Positions 54,518-62,457 of a stretch of DNA of 64,000 nt are shown here, in pieces. Numbering within the stretch: position 1 is the first letter of the stretch; each line of letters starts with the position of its first letter. Source of the DNA: Spirochaetota bacterium (GTDB lineage: Bacteria; Spirochaetota; UBA4802; UBA5550); NCBI GenBank assembly GCA_050298055.1, contig JBNKTL010000016.1, forward strand, positions 26,348 through 90,347. The letters run 5' to 3'. The notes under the pieces were generated by a model. The model was not told where the DNA came from, did not search any database, and saw only the letters and a list, made by a program, of their open reading frames with translations. A program made the position numbers and the translations under genes.

Positions 54518-55420
54518 ATGAGAATCTTCATAACAGGCGGTGGGGGATTTGTGGGGTCTTCACTGGCAAAAAAGCTCAGGGCAGATCATGTAGTTACACT
54601 TGCCGACAGGGGTTTCAGATCAAAACTTGAAGAGCCCAATATACGCTACGTTGAAGCAGACCTCCAGAAGAAGGGAGAGTGGCAGGAAGCACTCAGGGAA
54701 CAGGATACAATCATAAACCTGGCAGGTGTTCCCATTTTCAGCAGATGGACGAAGAGCATCAAGGAGGCAATATACAGGAGCAGGATAAGCATTACCCGTA
54801 ACCTCGTTGAAACACTGAAAGAGACGAGAGAAAAAGAGATATCTCTTCTCAGCGCATCGGCAACAGGTTATTACGGATTTCACGGTGATGAAACAATTAA
54901 TGAAACCTTTCCCCGGGGCACTGATTTTCTGGCAAAGGTAGCGGCTGACTGGGAAGAGGAGGCAAACAAAGCCTCGGAGTCCGGTGTAAGAGTGATAAAC
55001 TGCAGGTTCGGGGTTATTCTGGGCAGGGGTGGCGGAGCCATGAAGTCCATGGAACCGGTATACAGGTTCTTCCTGGGCAGCAGGCTGGGAAACGGGAGGC
55101 AGTGGTTCTCCTGGATCCATCTTAACGATCTTGTCAATGCCCTCATTCACATTATGGGAAACAGGAAAATCAGGGGCCCGGTAAACTGCACGTCCCCCAA
55201 TCCGGTGATGAACCGGGAACTCAACAGAAGCATGCTCAGGGCATTCAGGCGCCCTCCCCTTGTTCCCTTTACACCCGGATTTATCATTAAGATCGTTATG
55301 GGTGAGATGGGCTCAATTCTTCTCAAAGGGCAGAGGGCGGTACCGGAAGTCCTTCTTGAAAACGGGTATGAGTTCAGCTTCCCCCGCCTGGAAGATGCAC
55401 TGAAGAATATCTATGGATGA
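54518..55420 (+). CDS. TIGR01777-family NAD-dependent epimerase/oxidoreductase (YfcH-like)
   Basis: ITGGGGFVG, INLAG, SASATGYYG, RFGVILG and GNGRQWFSWIH. Confidence 0.92.
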   Translation: MRIFITGGGGFVGSSLAKKLRADHVVTLADRGFRSKLEEPNIRYVEADLQKKGEWQEALREQDTIINLAGVPIFSRWTKSIKEAIYRSRISITRNLVETLKETREKEISLLSASATGYYGFHGDETINETFPRGTDFLAKVAADWEEEANKASESGVRVINCRFGVILGRGGGAMKSMEPVYRFFLGSRLGNGRQWFSWIHLNDLVNALIHIMGNRKIRGPVNCTSPNPVMNRELNRSMLRAFRRPPLVPFTPGFIIKIVMGEMGSILLKGQRAVPEVLLENGYEFSFPRLEDALKNIYG

Positions 55421-56562
55421 GACAGGGAAACTCTGAGGAAATTCCCCTCCCGGCAAATGACTCCGTTAAATTCAAGGGCCATGATCGCTTCCATGACCTG
55501 TGAAGTACCGGTTTCCAGTTTTCTCACAACCGCGTCAATATCGGGCGCTCCATTTCGAACAAGGTCAAGGACCTTCTCTTCCAGGGGTGTGAGATTATCC
55601 GGAAGGGAAGCTGTCAGAATAACCTCCGGGAGATCCGGTGAAAAAGGAAGAGTGGGTGAAAAATTAAGGTCACATATCTCAACCCGCTCCCTTACCGAAT
55701 CGGGAAGCTCCGAGAGAATATCACCGGTTTCAAAAACAGGCACGGCGCCGTTCCTTATGAGGTTAATACACCCCTGGTATCCCCTGTCAAAGCTGTTTCC
55801 CGGGCAGACAAAGACCTCCCGTCCCTGTTCAACCGCATAGCCCGCGGTAATGAGTGCCCCGCTTTTTTTGCCCGCCTTAACAACAACTGTCCCTCCCGCC
55901 ATTCCGCTTATGATCCTGTTCCGTTGTACGAAGGTCCACTTTCCCGGACTAACGGAAGGGGGATATTCGGAGACAAGGGAAGAGTTCTCCGACTCCTCCA
56001 TCATTTTAAAAAGGTCCCTGTTCTTTGCCGGATAGATAATGTCCAGTCCGTTTGCCAGGACCCCCACCGTGCAGCCTCCCTTGTTAAGGGCACCCAAATG
56101 GGACGCCCTGTCTATTCCCACGGCCATTCCGCTGATTATCCCAAAACCCACCGTGGAGAGTTCCGCGGAAATTCGTGAAGCGATGTTCTCGGATACAGGG
56201 TCCGAATCCCTTGTACCCACAACCGCAACAAGCTTCGACTCGCTGAAACTGCCCCTCCGGTAGATTACGGGAGGCGGTGTGCCGATCTCCCTGAGAAGAG
56301 AGGGATAGTCGTTGTCAAAAAAAGTCAGGACATCAATACCCTTTTTTTCCGAGGCTTCCAGGATCTTCTCCGAGGCCTTCAGGGGATCGCTGCCATAAAC
56401 CGGCACAATATAATCCTGGACTGTGAGTTTTGTTCTTTGAGAGAGATAGCGGTAGTATTCATGGGCCGGGTACTCAGCCAGATTTTTCCAGATACCCAGT
56501 TTTCCCGGATGAGAGAGTATTGAGAGTGCTACAGGGTAGAGCCTGCTGTTTTCACCGGTCAT
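55411..56562 (-). CDS. dprA: DNA-processing protein DprA (canonical, with C-terminal winged helix)
   Basis: YPSLLREIGTPP, VAVVGTR, SGMAVGIDRASH, SEYPP, RNRIISG, SGALITA and a C-terminal LEFNG helix. Confidence 0.93.
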   Translation of the reverse strand: MTGENSRLYPVALSILSHPGKLGIWKNLAEYPAHEYYRYLSQRTKLTVQDYIVPVYGSDPLKASEKILEASEKKGIDVLTFFDNDYPSLLREIGTPPPVIYRRGSFSESKLVAVVGTRDSDPVSENIASRISAELSTVGFGIISGMAVGIDRASHLGALNKGGCTVGVLANGLDIIYPAKNRDLFKMMEESENSSLVSEYPPSVSPGKWTFVQRNRIISGMAGGTVVVKAGKKSGALITAGYAVEQGREVFVCPGNSFDRGYQGCINLIRNGAVPVFETGDILSELPDSVRERVEICDLNFSPTLPFSPDLPEVILTASLPDNLTPLEEKVLDLVRNGAPDIDAVVRKLETGTSQVMEAIMALEFNGVICREGNFLRVSLSHP

Positions 56563-57269
56563 TGTTTCCTGGACAGCTCCATCATGACCCGGGAGATATT
56601 CTCCTTTGCCTTTTTCCGGTATGCCTTAATAACAGGTGAATCTTTCTTTTTCTGGAGATCGGAATAGAGGTCTTCGTAGACAGAGAGAGACCGGCTCGTC
56701 TTCCCTGTTTCATAGTAGAACCTTCCCAGGGCAAAGCGTGCCGAATAGTATTCCCTGTCCCTGCTGACAATGGTTTTCATGATCTCTATACCTTTACCGG
56801 TATCCTTCCTGAGGTAAAAGGCCAGTATTCCCAGGCCGTAACGGGCACTGTTCATCTTGTCATTGAGCTCAATGGCCCGCCTGTAGTGGATTTCCGCCTT
56901 CTTTATATCATCCATGCTGGAGAGTTCCTTACCCCTGTTGGCATAGGCGGCCCCGAGAAGATAATGCACCCGTGCGCCTGAACTTCCATACTCAACGGCC
57001 TTGTTGAGGGCCTCAATACCCGGTGTCCAGTTCCTGTTCTGGAGATATTTCCTTCCAAGCTTCTCGTAGGATTTACCCACCTTGTCGGCCTTTTCCAGCT
57101 GTTTCTTGTAGCGCCCCTCCGCCTCCTCCGCATTTTTTACAAGCTTTTCAATATTCTTCTCACGGACTCTCTTTACTGCTCCGGGAGTAAAGAGTGTCCT
57201 TAAGCCGAACTTATAGATTCCCAGTGTAATTGCGGAAAGAAAGAGGATTCCAATAATAAACTTTTTCAT
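56559..57269 (-). CDS. Membrane-anchored TPR protein
   Basis: N-terminal TM segment and TPR-like repeats. Overlaps the dprA start by 4 nt. Confidence 0.8.
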   Translation of the reverse strand: MKKFIIGILFLSAITLGIYKFGLRTLFTPGAVKRVREKNIEKLVKNAEEAEGRYKKQLEKADKVGKSYEKLGRKYLQNRNWTPGIEALNKAVEYGSSGARVHYLLGAAYANRGKELSSMDDIKKAEIHYRRAIELNDKMNSARYGLGILAFYLRKDTGKGIEIMKTIVSRDREYYSARFALGRFYYETGKTSRSLSVYEDLYSDLQKKKDSPVIKAYRKKAKENISRVMMELSRKQ

Positions 57270-57383
57270 ACTGTTTTCCGGGTTTTAATTTAAGTTACGT
57301 TAATTACGCTCTTACTGTATTTATAAAATAACTCAGCGATGTATGTGAATTATATTATATATCGATATAAATGTCCTTTTAGT

Positions 57384-57408
57384 GTCATTCCCGTGAAAAT
57401 GGGAATCC
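57384..57408. repeat. ATTCCC-N8-GGGAAT palindrome (dRS3-like)
   Basis: GTC-ATTCCC-GTGAAAAT-GGGAAT-CC. Confidence 0.6.
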
Positions 57409-57459
57409 ATACAGGTTAAGAGATACACAAGACTCATTTTCTTTTAATTTCAAATATTA

Positions 57460-57599
57460 GCAACTGCTCAGCTATAGAGATAAAATAAACATTTATATAC
57501 CAGAACAATAACATGTCCCCGCCGCCTTCGGCGGCGGGGACATATCAGTAATCTTTTTATTGAATATGATTGTTCTTATACATAGCTGTGATTAGTTAC
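57460..57599 (+). repeat. ~140-bp element copy 7
   Basis: GCAACTGCTCAGCTAT...ATGTCCCCGCCGCC-TTC-GGCGGCGGGGACAT-ATCAGTAATCTTTTT...TTATACATAGCTGTGATTAGTTAC. Confidence 0.92.
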
Positions 57600-57694
57600 C
57601 TCATATTATTATATACGATTATAACTTCAACAATGTTAAATATTTTTTAAAAAAAACAAAAAAAAGAGGGGACAGTTTCTTTGGGGGATTTCAG

Positions 57695-57751
57695 TTGAAA
57701 TAAAATGAAGAATAATTCACCGGAGGCCCGTCATGATGACCGGGCCTCCGG
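57695..57751 (-). terminator. Probable terminator of the acyl-CoA dehydrogenase gene
   Basis: CCGGAGGCCCG-N10-CGGGCCTCCGG hairpin (57720-57751) followed on the minus strand by a T-rich tract. Confidence 0.6.
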
Positions 57752-57772
57752 GACTGTTTCCTGTTATATCAC

Positions 57773-59647
57773 CTACTCTTTGAGAGCTCCCGTAAAAGAG
57801 GGATCAGACGCCTTGAGTACGGCAGTCTCCCCAAAGAGAAGCGATTCAATCATCCCGAAGTATTTGGGGAACTCCGTTCCCAGATAGAACTGAGCAGAGA
57901 GGACCCTCCCGCTATAGAAGGCAGCTTCATTATTATCCTCAAGAAGCTTGTCCCTCTCTTCACCTTTCACATCACCGACGATCTCCTTCATCTTCGGTGT
58001 GGCAACAGTCAGCGCCCAGAGGTGGGTCCATGCCAGTGTCAGCTTAAACATTGCCTGCTGGAGCGGTGTTGCGTTCATGAAAAGGTGCATGAACTTGCCC
58101 CCGGCCATCTGCCCCTTCAGCATCTCGATGACCTCGTCAAGCTTCGCGAGCCCTCTTTCAACAAGATCAACATATTTATCGGCAACAACGCCCCTTGCTG
58201 CGGCGATAGTCTCTTCCATCCTCTTCTTCAAGACCGAGTAGTTATACTGGTTTTCGTTCATGAGTATTTTCCTCATGGTGAGGTCCATGGACTGGATCCC
58301 GTTGGTCCCCTCGTAGATGGCGGTGATCTTGGCATCCCTCAGGAACTGCTCTACCGGGTATTCCGATATATATCCGTACCCGCCGTAAACCTGAATGGCC
58401 TCCGAAGCAACCAGAACAGACGTGTCGGTATTACCCGCCTTGCATATGGGGATAAGGATCTCCACAATCCCCTGTGCCTCTTTCTGCTCCTCCCCTTCCG
58501 CAGCCTCTATAAGCGTCAGGTTTCTTCCCAGGAAGTAGGAGAGTATTCTCATTCCTTCCACATGGGACTTCATCCAGAGAAGCATCCTTTTCACATCGGG
58601 GTGCTGGCTGATATTGACTTTCGGCGCTTCGGGATTCAGCATCTGTGTAACATGAACGCCCTGGGTCCTGTTCTTCGCGTAGGTCACCGAGTGCATGTAA
58701 GCGGTGCTGGCAAGGGCAAGCCCCTGCATTGCCACTCCGAGCCGCGCTTCGTTCATCATCTGGAACATGATCTTCATTCCCTTTCGCTCTTCGCCCATGA
58801 GATACCCGGTACAATTGCCGTTATCTCCGAATGCCAGGGTACAGGTAGATGATCCCTTTATTCCCATCTTGTGCTCTATTCCCGCACAGGCTACATCGTT
58901 ATACTCACCCTTTGAGCCGTCTTCATTCAGCTTAAACTTGGGTACCACAAAAATTGAAATCCCCTTGGTCCCGGGAGGATCTCCTTCGATCCTTGCCAGA
59001 ACAAGATGGATCATATTGTCGTAATAGTTGTTATCACCGGATGAGATGAATATCTTCTGCCCGGTAATTGAAAAGGTCCCGTCATCATTTCTCACGGCCT
59101 TGGAGATAAGATTGCCCACATCAGACCCTGCTTCCGGTTCGGTGAGGCACATGGTCCCTCCCCACTCTCCGCTCATGAGTTTCTCAATATAGACAGATTT
59201 ATCGTCTCCCGTGTAGAAGTTGTACAGAAGAAGCATTGCCCCGTGACTCAGTCCCGGATACATCATTAAAGGAAGACTGGCAGAGCACATGATCTCAACA
59301 TGGCTTGCCGCCATTGAATAGGGCATACCCATTCCCCCTATTTCCGGATCGTCCGCGACACCCATAAAACCCGATTCATAGTATACGTCAAGGGGGGCTT
59401 TATACGCTTCAGGTATCCTGACCTCCTTGGTTTTTGGATCATAGACGCATCCTTCTTTGTCTCCGGGGACACTTGCGGGATAAATCTGCTCATAGGCGAT
59501 CCTTTCTGCCAGGTCAAGGAACTCTTCGTACGTATCCTTGTCAAAATCCCCGAACTGGGAGTATTTCTCTGAAAGTTTTTCAACCTCCAGCATTTCAAAA
59601 AGAACAAACCTGATATCTCTTGAATCAAAAAGCGGATTAAGGGCCAT
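57773..59647 (-). CDS. Acyl-CoA dehydrogenase (long FadE5/DmdC-like type)
   Basis: GTMCLTEPEAGSDVG, GQKIFIS, EHKMGIKGS, QVYGGYGY and IYEGTNGIQ. ATG 59647 follows a GAGGT RBS. Confidence 0.95.
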   Translation of the reverse strand: MALNPLFDSRDIRFVLFEMLEVEKLSEKYSQFGDFDKDTYEEFLDLAERIAYEQIYPASVPGDKEGCVYDPKTKEVRIPEAYKAPLDVYYESGFMGVADDPEIGGMGMPYSMAASHVEIMCSASLPLMMYPGLSHGAMLLLYNFYTGDDKSVYIEKLMSGEWGGTMCLTEPEAGSDVGNLISKAVRNDDGTFSITGQKIFISSGDNNYYDNMIHLVLARIEGDPPGTKGISIFVVPKFKLNEDGSKGEYNDVACAGIEHKMGIKGSSTCTLAFGDNGNCTGYLMGEERKGMKIMFQMMNEARLGVAMQGLALASTAYMHSVTYAKNRTQGVHVTQMLNPEAPKVNISQHPDVKRMLLWMKSHVEGMRILSYFLGRNLTLIEAAEGEEQKEAQGIVEILIPICKAGNTDTSVLVASEAIQVYGGYGYISEYPVEQFLRDAKITAIYEGTNGIQSMDLTMRKILMNENQYNYSVLKKRMEETIAAARGVVADKYVDLVERGLAKLDEVIEMLKGQMAGGKFMHLFMNATPLQQAMFKLTLAWTHLWALTVATPKMKEIVGDVKGEERDKLLEDNNEAAFYSGRVLSAQFYLGTEFPKYFGMIESLLFGETAVLKASDPSFTGALKE

Positions 59648-59699
59648 GGTTAACCACCTCATTTATTTGTATTATTATGTACATTCATTAGATACATAT

Positions 59700-59728
59700 A
59701 TACTAAATATTTAGTTGTCATTTGTCAA
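59700..59728 (-). promoter_or_regulatory. Putative sigma70 promoter with overlapping 14-bp palindrome
   Basis: Minus strand TTGACA-17 nt-TAGTAT, with the perfect palindrome ACTAAATATTTAGT at 59702-59715. Confidence 0.55.
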
Positions 59729-59894
59729 TATTTTTTAGATGAAATTATAGTGTTACTTAAAAAATTATCCTGTAATTAAAGCCTCACTCCTGAAATTTCA
59801 TAAAAATAATACTACTCATAATATAATGTAAATAATCGGTTCTCTCAAGAAATAATTATATCTATTGAAAATAAATTTGATATTTATAAAGTAT

Positions 59895-60015
59895 CCATTC
59901 TGAATAATCATACTCATTAATAAACTGATATCTCCACACCGCCCAGGGTGGTGATGAGATATTGTTGATATTTTTAGTAAATAGATTATTTTTGGCCAAA
60001 TAGCCGAAACGTTAC
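59895..60015 (-). repeat. ~140-bp element copy 8 (degenerate)
   Basis: CATTAATAAACTGATATCTCCACACCGCC-CA-GGGTGGTGATGAGATATTGTTGATATTT...ATAGCCGAAACGTTAC. Confidence 0.7.
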
Positions 60016-60108
60016 ATATTTTATACAGTTGATATAAAACTTTCAAGAAATAATTTCTATCGATAAAAAACTTTTACAATTGCAGCCAATCAACTCTATA
60101 AAAATAAA

Positions 60109-61038
60109 ATGAATATGAATTATACAAAATACTGGATCGCACTTGAACAGACAAAGGGAATGGGGCCCGCGCATCTCCGGGAGATACACAGGGAACTCCA
60201 AAAACAGGATTTATCAATTGTTGATATCATCGACCTGACCCCGGAAGAGATAAGCTCGGAACTCAAGCTGGGGCCCGGGATCGCGAAACTGATACCGGAG
60301 TCCAAAAAGGAACTTGAGAAGATCGAGGGGGAGTACCTTGACCTCCTTGACCGGGGATTTGACATCCTCCCCTTCTTTTCACCTGCATACCCGGAACGGC
60401 TTAAGGAACTTCTCGGAAACAGTTTTCCCCCTCTCCTCTATACAGCGGGGAATAAAGACCTTCTTGATAAGAGGGGAATAGCGCTTCTGGGAGAAAGCGG
60501 CATCAGTGAGAAGGGGACCCATATCTGCTTCATGGGGGCAAAGGCCCTGGCAAGGCACGGCATTACCGTGATAAGCGGTATGGCATCGGGGGCCGATAAT
60601 ACGGCACATAGATCGGCCCTGGAAAACGGGGGTGATACAATCGCGTTCATCCCCTCGGGAATAAACAGGATCAATCCCCCCGATTTTATACTCAGGATGC
60701 TCGAATCAAATAATCTTCTCATTGTTTCCCCCTTCTTTCCCGGAAAGGAAGCGGACAAATACAGTGCGTTTACACGGAACAGGATACTTATCGCCCTCTC
60801 CCACGCGGTCTACATTGTGGAAGCCCCCGCGGAGAGCGGGATCATGGAAGCGGCCCGGTCCGCGGAAAAACTGGGGATACCCCTTTTTACAACCGAATAC
60901 GCGGAGTACCCTGAAAGCGCCTCAGGGAACCGGCTGATCATAGAAAACCATGGGGGACTGCCCGTAAGGGGAAGGAGAGAGAACAATATCCTGGTCCCCA
61001 ACATGGACAGGATCATAGGAATAGCACGATATGAATAG
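60109..61038 (+). CDS. Second, divergent DprA/SMF-family (SLOG) protein
   Basis: YPERLKE...PPLLYTAGN, VISGMASGADNTAH, RNRILIALS and VEA...SG. Lacks the C-terminal winged helix. Confidence 0.85.
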   Translation: MNMNYTKYWIALEQTKGMGPAHLREIHRELQKQDLSIVDIIDLTPEEISSELKLGPGIAKLIPESKKELEKIEGEYLDLLDRGFDILPFFSPAYPERLKELLGNSFPPLLYTAGNKDLLDKRGIALLGESGISEKGTHICFMGAKALARHGITVISGMASGADNTAHRSALENGGDTIAFIPSGINRINPPDFILRMLESNNLLIVSPFFPGKEADKYSAFTRNRILIALSHAVYIVEAPAESGIMEAARSAEKLGIPLFTTEYAEYPESASGNRLIIENHGGLPVRGRRENNILVPNMDRIIGIARYE

Positions 61039-62251
61039 AAAGAAACCTGAAATTATCGCCCCCGCGGGGAACCTGGAAAAGCTGAAGTTTGCCGTCCATT
61101 ACGGGGCAGACGCGGTCTATTTCGGAGGTGACCGGTTCAACCTGCGGGTCCAGGCGGGAAATTTCAGCAATGACCATATTGAGGAAGCGCTTGATTTCTG
61201 CTCCCCCCGGGGGGTGAAGACCATCTTTCTCATGAACGCATACCTTCACCAGGACGACCTTCCTGTTGCCGAAGAATATATCAGAAATATAAGGAAATAC
61301 CCCTTCTCAGGGATAATGGTGTCCGATCCCGGCATGCTGACCCTTTTACAGGAGGCAGGTGTGGAAACAGACCTCCACCTCTCAACACAGATGAACACCC
61401 TCAACCACCTCTCCCTGAAGTTCTGGCACGACAGGGGGATAAAGAGGATCGTACTGGGCAGGGAGACCGGTCTTGAAGAGATAAAAAAGATAAGGGAGCT
61501 TACGGATATTGAGATCGAGGTATTCGCCCACGGTGCGCTCTGCATCGCCTATTCCGGAAGGTGTCTCCTCAGCAGGTTCCTCTCCGGAAGGGACGCCAAC
61601 CAGGGGGACTGCTCACAGCCCTGCAGGTGGAAATATTCTCTCATAGAGGAAAAGCGCCCCGGGAACCATATGGAGATAATCGAACACGCGAGAGGGACCG
61701 AGATTCTCTCATCCAAGGACCTCTGCCTCATTGAGAAACTGGAGGAATATATTGAGGCCGGGGTCAACGCCTTCAAGATTGAGGGGAGAATGAAATCCCT
61801 CTACCATGCCGCCAATACCGTCCGTGTCTACAAAGACGCTGTTGGAAAGGCGGGGACCCCCGGATTCAAAGAAAGGCTCCCCTTCTGGCTGGAGGAACTT
61901 GACCTTATCAATCACCGTCCCTATACCGACGACCTTTTCAACGAGTTTGGCGAGATGAGTTTTTCCGGGCTCCCCTACGTAAAGAAGGCAATGTTCCTGG
62001 GTTACAGGGAGTCCCGGGGAAAGGATGAAAACTCTGTGAACCTGAAGGTTTTCAATCCTGTCCGCTTAAACGAAGATATTGAAGCTATTTATCCTCTCGG
62101 GAAGGGAGGAGTGATGGACACACAACTCAGGGTCACAGAGATCCTTGACAGGGAAGGAAAGAATGACACCATGGCACGGCCCGGTGAAACGGTACCGGTA
62201 AGGTTTAACAAACCGGTGGGTGAGTTTGCCGTGTTCAGGAAAAGGTTATAA
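61031..62251 (+). CDS. Peptidase U32-family protein (TrhP-like tRNA hydroxylation candidate)
   Basis: EIIAPAG, GADAVYFG, HLSTQ, HGALCIAYSGRCLLS, CSQPCRW and KIEGRMK. Confidence 0.9.
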   Translation: MNRKKPEIIAPAGNLEKLKFAVHYGADAVYFGGDRFNLRVQAGNFSNDHIEEALDFCSPRGVKTIFLMNAYLHQDDLPVAEEYIRNIRKYPFSGIMVSDPGMLTLLQEAGVETDLHLSTQMNTLNHLSLKFWHDRGIKRIVLGRETGLEEIKKIRELTDIEIEVFAHGALCIAYSGRCLLSRFLSGRDANQGDCSQPCRWKYSLIEEKRPGNHMEIIEHARGTEILSSKDLCLIEKLEEYIEAGVNAFKIEGRMKSLYHAANTVRVYKDAVGKAGTPGFKERLPFWLEELDLINHRPYTDDLFNEFGEMSFSGLPYVKKAMFLGYRESRGKDENSVNLKVFNPVRLNEDIEAIYPLGKGGVMDTQLRVTEILDREGKNDTMARPGETVPVRFNKPVGEFAVFRKRL

Positions 62252-62257
62252 GAAAAA

Positions 62258-62403
62258 AGTTTCAAGTTCCGTGTTCCGAGTTCCAAGTTGAAGATGGAGT
62301 TTCTGATTACTTTTATAGCGAGCAGACCATAGCTATATGTATTGCTTGATAACGGTAATGGGTAAAAAAACATGGAACTTGGAACTCGAAACTCGAAACT
62401 ATA
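62258..62403. repeat. Inverted pair of heptamer tandem arrays
   Basis: AGTTTCA AGTTCCG TGTTCCG AGTTCCA AGTT ... AACATGG AACTTGG AACTCGA AACTCGA AACT. Confidence 0.8.
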
Positions 62404-62457
62404 GAATAGATTTTTTTAAAAATGATTTAAATATTGAGAAAAGTATGAGGAAAAAAG

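Noticed and set aside
20344..60015. 140-bp repeats as a CRISPR array or integron attC sites
   Set aside because: Copies are dispersed kilobases apart in both orientations between housekeeping genes. There are no regular spacers, no cas genes and no cassette-like tandem arrangement.
59816..60046. 76-aa minus-strand ORF
   Set aside because: It spans degenerate repeat copy 8 and AT-rich promoter DNA, so it is unlikely to be coding.
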